From: Penicillus capitatus
Lineage: Eukaryota > Plantae > Chlorophyta
Assembly (NCBI GenBank): GCA_965649825.1
Contig: OZ287699.1
Location: 960,477-1,024,476, forward strand
Direction: 5' to 3'
Length of the DNA: 64,000 nucleotides
Shown: in pieces, positions 1-12,531 of the stretch
Layout of the letters: each line of letters opens with the position of its first letter
Numbering within the stretch: position 1 is the first letter of the stretch
The notes under the pieces: generated by a model
The model's database searches: none
What the model was told of the DNA's origin: nothing
Seen by the model: the letters and a program-made list of their open reading frames with translations, nothing else
Program-made: the position numbers and the translations under genes

Positions 1-30
1 GAATTGGATATTGTGTGATGCAAGACAGAG

Positions 31-2141
31 ATGGATAGATTCGAGATCTTTGACAAGGCCCCTTATCCTCGCGGACCGATGCGAAATGTGTGACGTTCAC
101 ACTTAATTCGACTTGGGGCAGCGCGCAATGACGTGACATTCCGTCCAGGACATTCATTCAGCGAGCAGCGTATGTTTTCTTCTCGAACGGAACGCCTTCG
201 GCGATCACAACCGAGTCGATCTCCACAGGTTAAAGCCCGACACCATGGAGGAAGGCGCAGAGAGAGGAAGCGAAGGCACCATGAAAGCGCTTCTTTCACA
301 AGACAGGCAGACCGTCAGTGACATCCGAAGTCCGAGAATGGATCTCCTTGAAGTGTGGCTCAATGAGATTCTTGACGATGTAAAAGAGTGAGTGAGGGCT
401 TTTCTCGACGGATCTCGATCATGTATTTGCGTGATAGACAATATGGACGACGCAAAGCGGCATTCAGTCATCGCGGACTTTCTCTGTTACACCTGAGCCG
501 TTCTCAGCTGGAAGAGGAACAGCTAATGCCTGAGCACATCTCTCGAATCTACAGATCTCTCTTCGTGCATTCCGCCTGCTTCGGCGATGTCATTTCGGTA
601 TCGAACACATCACGATGGCCTCCATTTCGACGTGGCTGACGACAGGATGTCTTGAAATCAGAAAGGCAAAAGGACAGGGTCCTTCCTCGAATCTGGGATG
701 CTTTTGTAAAACTGTGTGAAGAGATGCTGAAACGTGAATTCAAGGTGTGCTGTTATGTGCGACATCGGAGCTGATCTGAGAAGGACACGTTCAGACACAC
801 TATCGGCGTTTAACGCGAGCCGATCAAGAAAAGACGAAGGTGCTGATAGAGACACAGCAAAAACTCCAGAAAGCTGAATCGGCAAATATTCAACTCGAAC
901 GTGAACTCTCCTCTGTACGCGAAGATCTCGATCAAGAACGGCGAGAGCGTGTTCGTCTGCAAAAAGAGAATGCAAAACTGGCGGCGGAACTGGAGCGAGA
1001 GCGACTTGCCGTGGAAGACGCGCTGCTGCGTTTTGTACGCCAAACGGACACAATGTCAGATATCCATCCTCCCGACTCCTCTATGGCCACAAACGCACTT
1101 ATGCAGGACAAACATCACGAAAGAGAGGGAGCATTGGAAGCGTCGGTCCAGTGAACTGGAGGTCGAAGGGAGAGAAAGGCTTCAGGAAGTCGATCAACTA
1201 ACAGAAGCTCTCGTTAGACGAGAGGAGACACTCACTGCCATACGCGACGCTCTTTCCCCGGTGCATAACGCATTGATGCTGATGCAAGGCAGGCCATGAT
1301 TGCATCTTGTTTTTGTATTTCCATGTTGGCTGTTCAGACTCGGAGAAGGACGATCAGCTGAGTGACGAAGGAGATGTTCAGCAATTAACGCATGAAACCA
1401 TGACAGCTGTTCATGACCTGTATGATCGATTCCGCTTAAAGGCATGCCTTGCAGAGGACTGCATCGGGATAAGTTGCTTGTTTCATGACAGGAAGTCGAG
1501 GTCGACGAGCTGAAAAGACAATTGAGGAACTTGGAGGATCAGTCGGTCCTTGCCGAAAGCCAAAGCCATAGCGGATGAGATCCACGTAAGAGTAGAACAA
1601 AAGAGGCGTCAGACTGGCGTTGCCCCTTTTCTACAGGCGCTAAGGAATGAGGAGCTATCAAGGATCGGGCTTTCTGACAGTGTTCTTCTTGTTGTTGTCC
1701 AAAACACCTGGTGGAAAGAACTGTCGACTGAAATGTTAAGTCTTGCTCTATTCTAACCCCATTGATCGGATCACCGCGAACAGTCTTGTCGTACATTTCT
1801 GAGAAGCTCGGCCTTCGACAGCGATGCTCTTCCGTATTCGAACTGCCTCCTTCTTGGCAGGATTCGCTGTAGCAGGTCTCTTATCTGTCGTTGTGCTCAC
1901 TTATATGTGTCGATGGCTTCGACGTAGGCGGATTTGCCATGTTCCAACTCCAGAAGGAAGTTCAGAGGAGTCACCAGATCCTCATTGAAGAGGTAGGTCT
2001 CACTCCATCGCACCCTCTCTGTTCGATATCCGTTTGAATAAGGTGGAAAAAATGAATGAACGATTCGAAGCAAAGCTGACAGAGATCAAAGCCTCACAAG
2101 CCGTCTCTGCCAAGGCATCCGGAGAAGGGTCCGCTTTCTAA
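31..2141 (+). CDS. Multi-exon coiled-coil protein of unknown function (5' end may lie outside the window)
   Basis: Chain of short + strand exons separated by ~50-nt GT-AG introns. Encodes heptad-rich segments (QKLQKAESANIQLERELSSVREDLDQERRER; RERLQEVDQLTEALVRREETL). Last exon ends ...KASGEGSAF-TAA at 2139-2141. Confidence 0.6.
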
Positions 2142-2176
2142 AGTACTGTGCGATGCATCGACGATTACAAGACATG

Positions 2177-3191
2177 TCAGACGATCGATGGGTTATTCGT
2201 TAATGTGGGATCTCTGCTGAAAACTCCACTCTTACCGCCGGATTTAAAATCGAGTCGCAGATCCGTAATGACGGCCTCCTTCGTCACTGCTTTTGTCATG
2301 TCGATGACATTGAGCGCGGTGATCCCCGCAGCCGTAAGGGCTTCCATTTCGACGCCTGTCCCCGAATGACACGATGCCTTTGTTCGAATGATGAGCTCAT
2401 GCAAATCCGGGTTCCACTCAAAAGCGACGTCCACGTGACTGCCGATACGCATGATCACCTCACACCCTCTGTCTATGTATCCAAACAATCAACCTGAGAG
2501 GGATGGGGTGACAGAGAGGAAGAAGCCTAGATGTCTCCTTGGCCCCCATGATGCCAGCAATTTTGGACACGGTAAGCACGTCTCCCTGATGAAGTGTCCA
2601 TCACCGACGCACACAGCGCAGTATCCGCTCACTTTCTGGATCTGGTTTTCTTTTACTTTGTCGTAAGCTTCAGCACCAAGCAGGACCTTGGCAGATGCCC
2701 TGGCCTCCCTGAAGGTTTGTTTTTTCTAGATGCAGCACAGTATTCAGATGGATGTCTCCAGATTCAGCAGATTCGCCTGCGATACGTCAACCATGACGGC
2801 AGCACCTGATGCATCGACATGGCTCAACACCTTCCCAGAGTTCACGTCGCTGAATATGCATCTCGATCGACAGTCGATGCAGTACAGAAGAAACACATCA
2901 CCTCCTAGCGGCAGGCGGATCAATTGTTACTGATTGTGGCCCTTGAACGTCTTCCCCGAAGAAGCTCGATATTTCCTGCGATCGATCCATCGTCCTCATA
3001 CACGCGCATCTCATATCGCGGACTTGATTGGCAGCGTCGATCTCGGCGTCCATCGAAAACGCAACTGGTTGTCCATCCATCATCGATTTCGAAGTCTGTC
3101 GCACATATGAGAGTACGAATGACTATCGCGAAGAGAACCGCGAGCGACAGACCGAGAGAAGACAGTGGCGTAAGCACGAGAAGGGTCCCAT
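2177..3191 (-). CDS. CNX3: Cyclic pyranopterin monophosphate synthase (MoaC/CNX3), molybdenum cofactor biosynthesis, with probable organellar presequence
   Basis: Spliced translation gives [71 protein letters not shown] and KSGGKSG, all MoaC hallmarks. Start codon approximate. Confidence 0.93.
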
Positions 3192-3285
3192 CCATGTTGC
3201 GTACCGTCGCACGACGTATAGGCGCGACATCTCACTCAATGCGTCACCATCGCTCTTCCTTATTACATGATAATACCCATATGGA

Positions 3286-3929
3286 TCATAACCACTCGCG
3301 TGGCGGCGAATCCGTTTGAAATGGCAGTCGCATAGGGATAGGCGTCGTGTCTTCTTTGACTGCCTCTTCTCTGCACCAAACCTGCCGTGGGTCCTCGTGC
3401 GATGATTGGCCTACCTGAGATCCAAAGGCAGTGCCATGATGGCATCTCTCGCAATTCGCTCTTTCATCGTCATATCTGCTTGCCACTGTCTAAAGGCAGC
3501 AAGTTAGTGAAGCGACAGTATGATAGAGGACAACCTGTGCTGACGCATTTTTTGGCGGCTGTATTCCTTGGCTTTCTCTTTTGCATAGGCGAGTTCTTTC
3601 TTCGTCATGGGTGAGGCTGGTCTCGATCTCGGTTTCGATGTCGGCTGCGAAGGGGGTGGTGTCTCGAAGAGGCGGAAACAACGTTGCATCTTCTGTTCGA
3701 TTTTAGAATCGGTGAACTTCGGTGCTGGTTGAAACTTTTTTGTTTTCTGCGTCTTCTTCTGTTTTGTGCCGCTGGATTTGGACGACTTCTTCGTTTTCGT
3801 CGAACCTTTCGCCAAATGCCGCTTCTGTAATCCACTCCCTGTCCATGCAGATGTCAGAACTGCCGACCAAGGGACGAGATCGGCAGAGAACGGTAAAAAC
3901 GTTCTGAGGCAACGCCGAGTGGCAATCAT
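3286..3929 (-). CDS. MRPL40: Mitochondrial ribosomal protein mL40-like
   Basis: Arg-rich presequence MIATRRCLRTF. Motifs AKEYSRQKMRQH, ARDAIMALPLDL, EAVKEDTTPIP and TDSPP resemble plant mL40 (AKEYSR..MRKH / AIEALP / DLTPFP / TPP). Two short introns. Confidence 0.75.
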
Positions 3930-4007
3930 GAAGAACAGTACGATGTGACAGGCACTCTGCTTTCGGCGTCTTATCGCACTGGTACCAGATGATTCCACTG
4001 CCACGCC

Positions 4008-4434
4008 ATGCCAGAGACTCGTTCTGCAAAGAGAAGGAAAGTTGAACGTTCGGAACGCAAAGGGACAAAGAGAAAAGAAAGCAAAAAGAAAGAGTCCACA
4101 AATAAACCACAAAAGAAGCAGAAATCTGAAGCACCTGCAGGTCACTCTCGACACGCCACTACCTGTCTTGTCATCGTTAATGTACTAGGCCGTTTGGACG
4201 AAGACGAGACACTCGAGGCTTTTGATTTGAATCGCAGATTCGGTCCCTGTGTCGGAATCTCCCGTCTGAATCGGTAATGTATTCTGTATGGCTTTTGTGT
4301 GACGCGTGGATTGGCATAGATGGAAGCGTGCCAAAAGATTTCGATTGGCGCCGCCCGAGATCGTGAAAGAGATTCTGGAGAAGTACGATGTGAGCAACGT
4401 CAAGAACAGATGCCTTTGGGAGGATCGTGTTTAA
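4008..4434 (+). CDS. POLD4: DNA polymerase delta subunit 4 (p12)
   Basis: Three exons give a Lys-rich N-terminus followed by LEAFDLNRRFGPCVGISRLNRWKRAKRFRLAPP...CLW, the POLD4 signature FD...FGPC.GI.RL.RW.RA. Confidence 0.88.
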
Positions 4435-4739
4435 CAATACCTCCTTTGTGGATTTAATGTATGTAGACAGACAAATCTATCATCCATTGTCCATCTATAA
4501 TGAAAATCGCATTCTTTCCATACAGCACAGCTACCAGCACTCTTCCATAATGGATCTGCCCGTTTTCATGGAAAAATTTACCCTCTATCATAAATTTGTG
4601 CGACATACAGCTATAGCGCATGCCAATCGAGGATGTTGTGTAAAATTCGAATTGGCCTTATTCCCAATTCGAGCTTGAGGTAAAGTTCGACAAGGGTCGG
4701 ATCAGGAAGAGGTGAAAAAGAGAATCTAAAACTGGCTGT

Positions 4740-5729
4740 TTATAACATCGATTCTCCCAGATGCTCGGGATTGTTGTGCCTCTCCGCTCTGAAGTGCGGG
4801 ACATAGTTTGGACCCGGTCCATGCAACAACAATGCACCGATGGCTGCCAACACAGCACCTATAGCCTCCGAAGATATGTAGTACCTACAGAAAAGCATAA
4901 ACCACAAGGCCCCTTTAAAAAGCTCTTACCAAAACACATCCGACTGACACTGCCTGTCAGAATTGATATTGGCTACGGTTGGCGAAATAATACGAGCTGG
5001 ATTCATCACACCACCAGAGTGTGGCACCCCTATACATGAAGTAAGCATAAAGCATATATCCAAGTGTGAGATAGAGTGGACCTGCCCACATGCATCCCGT
5101 CAACGCTATACCGATCACCAAAGGACTCATATCGCCGTGACCAGGTGACACGGTTGCCGAATAGACCACCATGATGAACACCCACGTCATGATGATCTCC
5201 CATGAGAACAGCTCCCACAAATCATCGGACGAATCTGTTGACTCCTTGTCAAAACAGTAAGAGCCTCCGGACATGGAAAAATGACCAAGAAGCGCCCCAC
5301 ATATGCCACCTGCCACCTGTATAGGCGGTCACGACGCTGTGAACGATAGGAAGACGTGCCTGAGCAAAGACATAGAGAATGCCTTTGACGATATTCATGT
5401 GGCCACTTGCGGTCATGGACAACGTGACGGCGGGATTCAAATGACCTCCCGAGATATGCCGCGTGAGATACACTATAGAGGACATGAGTGTCATCGTTTT
5501 GCCTAGGAGACGAGCGAAGAGGGATACCGAGAGACGTGTAGATGAATCCGTTGGCCACAGAAATCGTTGCCGCCGTTGTATTGTCCGTGTAGTCCGGCTG
5601 GTCATTGATAGTGTCAACCGGCAACGCGCCGGCAAACAGTTGAAAGATTCCCGAACCAATAAATTCCGCTATCAGCGCGCGTGCGAGTTTGCGATCGGTC
5701 AGGGCTTGAGGAAAACGTAGAAGCTTCAT
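4740..5729 (-). CDS. Aquaporin (MIP family)
   Basis: ALIAEFIGS, ISGGHLNPAVT (first NPA), WEIIMTWVFIMVVY and, after splicing, SGGVMNPAR (second NPA). Ends ...GESML-TAA. Confidence 0.92.
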
Positions 5730-5860
5730 GGTTTGTCGGAGACAAAGTGGAAAATCGGACGTCGGTCGGTGGCTCCGTTTAATGCACTTGATGGCGCAGT
5801 TCTTGCCTTCCGATGATGCGATGAACGTGTCCAGCATGTTCCACCACATCAGCCGGAATG

Positions 5861-8150
5861 TCAGGCATCTCTTCCAAAATATTCTGCAGAGTCGTTTTCA
5901 GAAAGAGGCAGAGATGGAAGCGTGCGGTATACCTGCAAGTGAGGATCGCCGAATAGAAAGTCATCATCGTCATCTTCTGGATCTCCCATGACTGGCGTGT
6001 CAGGTTCTCTGAAGGTATCTTCTCTGGAAAAGGTGCGTGTCCATGGCCATTTCCAGGAACGGTGGCAGTTGATGTGGGCTTGGCACATGGGACACTTGGG
6101 TGCACGATGCAGACCCGCACATTGTTCCAGCCACTCCATTAAGCATGAAGTGTGATAGGCATGGCCACACTTGAGTGTACAGCCACTCTTGTTGTCTGCG
6201 GTATCGATATCACCCCGTGCAGAGCTGGGCACCTTCAGAGGGCCCCAACAGATCGCACAATTGCCACCCATGCGTTCCACATGCTCAGCCGTCATTGGGC
6301 TCAATTCTTCCAACATCGTGCAGGTGAAGGACTGGGTAATTGTCCGATAGAGCCACGAGATCGGAGCGCCCCAGAAGATCAAGGAGACAAAAGACGAGAA
6401 GATAATGCCGGCTCCATAGATCCAGCAAATAGCAGGGAAAGTGTAGAGCACGACGTACTGGTAGATGGAAGAGAGACTTGAATTGACTCGAACCAGCATT
6501 CGTGCGGCTTGGGGAGGGTTTCTGAAGAGGAGATAGTTGACGTAGACCGTCAACAAAACAAAGAACTTTTCACAAGAGAACCGCATCATGGCCAAGGTGG
6601 CTTCAATCAACGGAATCATGTGACGATGATCCGCATCCTAAGCAACCGTCCACCTTCCATGCTGACAAAGCAGATGGCTGGACGCACTCACTTTCATGCG
6701 TCCGAGTTCTTTCGAATGTTTGAACAGCGCCCACTGAAAGACGTCTCCTTGATGCAGAGAACTGCAAACGGATTCGTAGTTTTGTGTGTAGATAGATACA
6801 TAGGACTCAACAGTCGATGGACTGATCATATCACGTACCCCCACATCAACTAATTCAGAGAGACTGTCACGAGCAGCACAGGTTTCCGTCGTCGGTGTTG
6901 CTTTCTGTTCCAGATATCGTCCAGCTTCGACGGCAAGATCGGCACGGGAGTGGACGAGGCTCTCTTGCTCGAGCTTAAGAGGAACCCACAATGAATTGAA
7001 AGCAGCAAAGCCTAACAGCACGACCAAGAACAGCATCACCCTCACATTGGCTCTGAGTCGATTGAAGAGCGTTTTCTGTTTGGGATCCATTTCCCAGTGT
7101 CGCTTAATCAAGTTCAGTGCAAGATCATCACGCCTCAAATCGTCGGCCTGTTCTTCTGGCACTACCACACGGATCTGGGGAGCGACGAGGATCTTGAGTC
7201 GCGACGCCACAATCTGCATGGATGATATGGATCACACATCGTGCTCAGAGAGTGGTATGGGAACAGACTTGAACACACGGAAGAATGACAAGCAGTTCCA
7301 TGGCAAAACGCGGCACTTCGAACAGCATGGATGAGCATTCCGTCCCCCAATTCTGTTCCCAGTTATTGAGCCAATAAGGTACAAGTCTCCAGCAGACGCT
7401 GACAACGGAGTCTTTCGTGACAACCTCTTCACCAGGAAGGAGTCCACCCAGTCCCAGCAACAGTGCGAGCTTCTGCAGGCCAAAGGCAAAGGCGATTGAG
7501 AAATTCCAAATCGCGAATGCCTTCCACCATCCTAACAGGTTCCAATGAAACTGACAGGTGCAGTACTGATGCTGATGGCCACAAAAGAAGTAGACGTCGC
7601 CCCATCCTTCAAATTCCGTATCGTATTGGAGGTAATAGATAAAGTTGTAGGCGCTGAGCGTTCCCCAGTAGGCCCCAAAGCAATCCCACTTACTGAGACG
7701 CGACCATCCCATCAAAGTGGCATACAGAAACCATACTGCCACGCAGACAGGTGCCCACATAGCGATGCGGTGTTGTATCTGCGAAGCGACGATGTAGACA
7801 GCGGACGTCAAGAGACTGCCGAAGACAAAGGGATACGCGACTTGGAGACGACGCCATATCATCTTTGCATAAATCGCGTGTCCGTAGAGGAGGGTGCGAA
7901 GGAAGACAAGCGTCGTAGCAGCACGAGAAACGTCGAAATGGTTCAAATTAAATTCTGCTAATTCCTCGATTGCTTTCTTTCTTCCTTGTTGACAATGCGC
8001 TCATAATGTACGGCACAGGGGGCGCGGCACTGGAAGTAGGAAACAACAGAATTTGTCAGTGCTCCAGGCAAAGATCTTTCCTGCAGGTTGTCTGTCTTTC
8101 TGTCTGTATGTCCGTCGTTGATTTGTTTTTGTGTACACGATCACCATCAT
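5861..8150 (-). CDS. Multi-pass membrane RING-H2 E3 ubiquitin ligase (5' end uncertain)
   Basis: Hydrophobic ORFs 7245-7946 and 6638-7219 lead to an exon with CAICW...CGHAYHTSCLMEWL...CPMC (RING-H2). Joining them into one gene is inferred from ~50-nt intron-like gaps. Confidence 0.7.
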
Positions 8151-8217
8151 CACCATACCGTCATGAACGCATGTTCCCTCAAAAAATCAGCCAAACACGC
8201 AAAGATGCATGGATAGG

Positions 8218-9679
8218 TCAATTTGCAGATGATTGGTACATGGTCATGAGCCTTCGGAGTCGAAATTCAGGGCTGTTTGATAAGACATCCAGCAGGCGCT
8301 TGGCATACTTTGACTTGGTATCATCAGAAAGTTGTGTCGTGGAGATCATGTCTCGTACCGCTCCAACCACTCCTCCTTCGACCATCTGTCTCAGAGCGTT
8401 TGGATTCTGAGAGAGATAATAAAGAGCCTTCAGTGCCGTGTCCGGGACGGTAACGAATGCAAAGAAATCGTCAAAAACAAAATCTGAATAGTCGACATCA
8501 TGGTTGACAGGCGGGAGCATTCGAGCGAATTCTGCCACGACGCCTTCAGCGACGGCAACGGTTCTGCCGCGAACGTCTTCACAGAGGTACTGGATGGCTT
8601 TGGCGATTGGGTATTTGACACCGGGGTCTTCTGTTCGTCGCCAATGGCGTACCAGTCCAGGAATGCAACGATCAGCAACGAAAAAACGAAACCTGTTTCT
8701 AAATGCTAAACTGGCAATAATGAGGGCAGCTCCATCCAGCGCACGGGTCGGCAATGATTCTAGTGATGGATCTGTTACCAAAGGATTGACGATAGACAAC
8801 GTTATCTCCACTCCATGGTGCTCCACCGCATCTGCCACTTCCATCATCTTCCCGCGGTGACGATAGGCGAATCCACGGATGATGCTGAGAATCTCTCTGC
8901 GTAAGTCAAAGTCTTCCATTTTGAGCAGACTGATCAGTTCTGAAATTTTCAGCAGTCCTTTGATCTGGACGAGCAGCCGAGCAGCCGGGATTTTTAGAGT
9001 GGGTTCTTGGAGCAGGTCACGAATCGTTTCCATGTGTAACTCCTTGCGCACTTTCTTTAGTTGAGCGCCATCGATGTGTCGTGTCATTTCACGCAAGAGC
9101 ACGAGAGCCGCATACGACTGAGGAAGAGCTCTTTCGGATACCAATCTGCTCACACATTCATGCATTGACTCACACATCTCACTCTTTTCCAAACTTCACC
9201 TTGAAAGTGCAACGACATCGTAGGCAGAAACGCCTCGCGACGTGACCACAGAGAGGCAGTGGCCGGGATCATCCAGCGGTCCATAACGGTCGTTTGTGGC
9301 CGATCCTTCATGTCTGGACTCTCGAGAAAAGTCCCTGACACTACCCAACTCGATTCCTTTCTTCGATGCGTAATCATGAACAGCGTTTCTTATTGAGTAC
9401 AGTGGAGCGAGTCGCTGGCTGCTCAAGCGCACGCCTGCACAAACACACGCACAGAATATCGACATTAGGGACTGTCATCTGTGATATGGCATGACCAGTT
9501 AAAGGACACGTGTTATTTCCCATGCGAAACCACTCCTGGATACTGTGACGGTCGTAGATTTGTCCCGTTTCCACGAGAACGACCGGGTCACTCATAAGTT
9601 CACGTGACACGGGACAAAGGAACATTCCAGGGACAGAATCCCTCGAACTCTCCACATCCGTATCTTGACTCGAACTCAT
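8218..9679 (-). CDS. Plant U-box / armadillo-repeat E3 ligase (PUB-like)
   Basis: U-box VPGMFLCPVSRELMSDPVVLVETGQIYDRHSIQEWFRMGNNTCPLTG, followed by an ARM-like helical region (ORF 8218-9192). Confidence 0.88.
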
Positions 9680-10492
9680 TAGAAAAAGCGGAAACGCAAA
9701 AGATAAGCAAAGCACAAACCGTCACGTTACAAACAGCGAACGTATGGTAGTTGTGCGATAAGTATTAGCGGCGGAAGAATGCGTGAGGAGTCGTAGTGTG
9801 GCGCACGAAGGATGGTGTTGATGAAGTATGAAACGACAATCGACTTGCTGCCTATCCGCCAATCGTTGCGCGGCATGCACGAAGATTAGCGAGATTCGAC
9901 GACGTCATTGTCAATTGGACGGCCGACCACCCCAAAAAAAGCAACCCAGTACAAGGCGTCAAAAAACGACAGCAGTACAACCCGTTACACTTAAAGCAAT
10001 GAAAGGCAGATCATCCATTGCCTCTTGACTGTGACATGAAGTGGATGACACCCCACTCGGTCATGTCATCGATCGAATGGCACAATTTCTTTTTCTGCCC
10101 TTATGCGTCTGAAGCTCGCTCAGGTCGAGAGACTCCAAAGCACAGGGAGATGGATCATACTGGCGGCGATGGTGCGATGCTATGAGGCGAAACCAACCTA
10201 CACCACCTGATTACAGAGCATTGGCCGGCAGTGGATAGGGGGTCTCCAGATTAGATCGTACGGACGACACCAAATGTACACGTCATGACAGTTGTCGTGG
10301 ACTCACAGTTTGTCCCAGTGTTTGACAACACCCACATCTTCCTTTACTTGACGAATCGTATGCAAAAGATGGTCGATCAAAAGGCTTCGCTTTGTTGCTA
10401 TCAACCCAACGATTCCACATCCGTCAAAGACTCCACAAAAAAGCATTGCTTCTCGACGAACTTCCATACACTCTTTGTCCACTCTCCAGATT

Positions 10493-11325
10493 TCATTCGA
10501 CGACTTGTGTTTGTTGGAAGAAGGAATCGTGGGGTTCCATGACCTTTTGATCGTGTTTACTCGTCGTCGGTTTTAGAAGATCTTCAAACGGAACGCCGTT
10601 GTGGTACTTCTCAATCAACGTCTCAATATCCTCCACGATGCGTTGCACGGCACGTTTGGAGATATTCTTCATGAAACCGGCGCAAAAAATGGGAACGAAA
10701 TTCGGAAGCAAATCCTGAATCAACATTGCTCGCGTACCTAATACGTGACCCTATCATCATCCCACCGGCCGCCATAGCCTTACCAATAATTTTATCCGCG
10801 TCGTCTGGAGAATAGACGGGAGATAGAAACCACTCCCCGGCAAACTTGTTCATGATCCCTTTCTTGTGCAGCCAATACCTGAACCATCCATCTGTTGAGG
10901 CAAAACGGCACAGGGAGAGGTATTCACCTAAAAGTGCCTTTCTGCATGTTTCGTTCGACATTAAGGTGTGTGGAGAAGGTGATGGGTACGACGAGAAATT
11001 TGAACCCTGAAACTTGTTCCACAATGACTTTCTGCCTTCCTTCCCCATCGTCTTCCACCACCTCACGATATGGAACGGCGTAGATATCGCGAAAGACGCC
11101 TGTGTTGTCCGGATTCGAGAAAACGGTCATGAGCTGCGTAGGCGTCAGCCTGAAATCTGCGTCCATGGTTATGCGGCAGAGAAACCCTTCGTAGTCCATG
11201 ACGCGTATTTCGGAGTCTTGCCGCAACGGACGCCGTTCCTGAAGGTCGGCGAAGAGTTTTTCTCCGTTCTCGGCCATTGTTGTTACAAAAGGCGATGCCG
11301 CATGCAAAGTTGAGTACTCGGCCAA
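10493..11325 (-). CDS. DUF220 / SRPBCC (START-like) superfamily protein
   Basis: VFSNPDNTGVFRDI..YREVVEDDGEGRQKVIVEQ...FKFL and GIMNKFAGEWFLSPVY match the plant DUF220 pattern. Both ends approximate. Confidence 0.7.
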
Positions 11326-11414
11326 GCGATGATCGATGACGTGAAACGCTCGTCATCTCGCTGTCCTGTCCTTCGGACTCGTCGTTCCCTTTACCGGCGC
11401 TATCGTGTCCGGCC

Positions 11415-11990
11415 ATGGCAGGTAAGGACCAGGACTGCATCCCACTGAACCTTCACGCCAGAGATGCATGCAGAAGCAAGTGCGCCCGAGAAGCTCACCC
11501 ATCCCACTTCACCAGATATCAAAGAGAAACAACCGAGTGCCGAATCACGACAGACGATCAAACGCGAGGAGAGAATCCAAGAAGCGCCACAGATAAAGAA
11601 CGGGGAGGAAGATGACGAAGAAGAAGAGACGTGCGGGTTCTGCAAATTCATGAAAGAGGGCGGCTGCAAATCTCAGTTCGTCGTAAGACCACGATGCCTG
11701 TCCAGGTCACAACTCACGTCTGGCTTCTCGAGAATTGGATGGAATGCGTCGACAGCGAAAAGGAAAAGGGGAACGATTTCGTGGAGACATGCATGAATCA
11801 AGTGCGTCGCCTTTTTTCAGATCCGTTCGGCGTGATGCATGGAAGTACACAGATTCAAGATCTACGTCAATGTATGTTGGCCAATCCCGAATACTATCGG
11901 CCAATGTTGGAAGAGGAAGAGCATTACCTTGAGGAGAAGGAATCTGAGAGTGAGGCCATAACTTCTGAGGAACGGCAGACGGCAGCGTGA
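11415..11990 (+). CDS. GCK-domain protein (twin-Cys helical hairpin, CHCH-like)
   Basis: Spliced: EEETCGFCKFMKEGGCKSQFVNWMECVD...FVETCMNQIQDLRQCMLANPEYYRPML, the plant GCK domain pattern. Confidence 0.88.
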
Positions 11991-12420
11991 TGCGAAACAT
12001 ATGGTAAAATCTGGCAGATGGATTCATGCGGCTGTTTGGATCGTGTAAACGAATTCGAGAAAATAAAAATCGATTCACGCTTGACGACGTCGACGAAAAC
12101 GCACTTGAATAAGTGTCAGGAACGGATGGTTAGTGACTTCGCAACAGTGGCTTTAGTTGTTCTCGTCGGCGATTTATATATCTAATCTCTATCAGCGACA
12201 CACTGCGTCACCTTAAGTGCTTTGTCGCTTCATCATTATCACGCTCTCTCTTTAATGGTTGTCATAATTCTGGGTAGTCGCATCAAGTCTGCCTAGAGAC
12301 TGCCTCGTTTTCCAGGGGTCTTGTCTTCTAAAGGGCGCTTATTAACGGTTCATGAACGTTCAGAGGCATTATTCTCTGGCTCTGAAAGCCAGATTACTCA
12401 CCTGTCTAGAGAAGTCTTTT

Positions 12421-12438
12421 CACGTGTTACCTATAAAT
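12421..12438 (+). promoter_or_regulatory. Candidate G-box plus TATA box upstream of the signal-peptide thioredoxin
   Basis: CACGTG (12421-12426) and TATAAAT (12432-12438) lie ~95 nt upstream of ATG 12532, in a segment absent from the sister copy. Motif match only. Confidence 0.4.
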
Positions 12439-12531
12439 CGGCATTTCTGAAGCTGAAAACGAATCTGCTCGGTAAGCTTGAAAGTCTTGCACTGTTAGTC
12501 TGTCAAGCACGGCGCAGCTGGAGCGACTATC

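Noticed and set aside
10030-10260. Possible C/D-box snoRNA-like elements (…ATGA…CTGA) in the intergenic region
   Set aside because: Boxes are imperfect and I could not identify terminal stems or an rRNA-complementary guide.
11414-11417. Overlapping opposite-strand ATGs (GCCATGGC) for the GCK and DUF220 genes
   Set aside because: A palindromic coincidence; the DUF220 gene more plausibly starts further downstream (e.g. MAENGEK at 11277).
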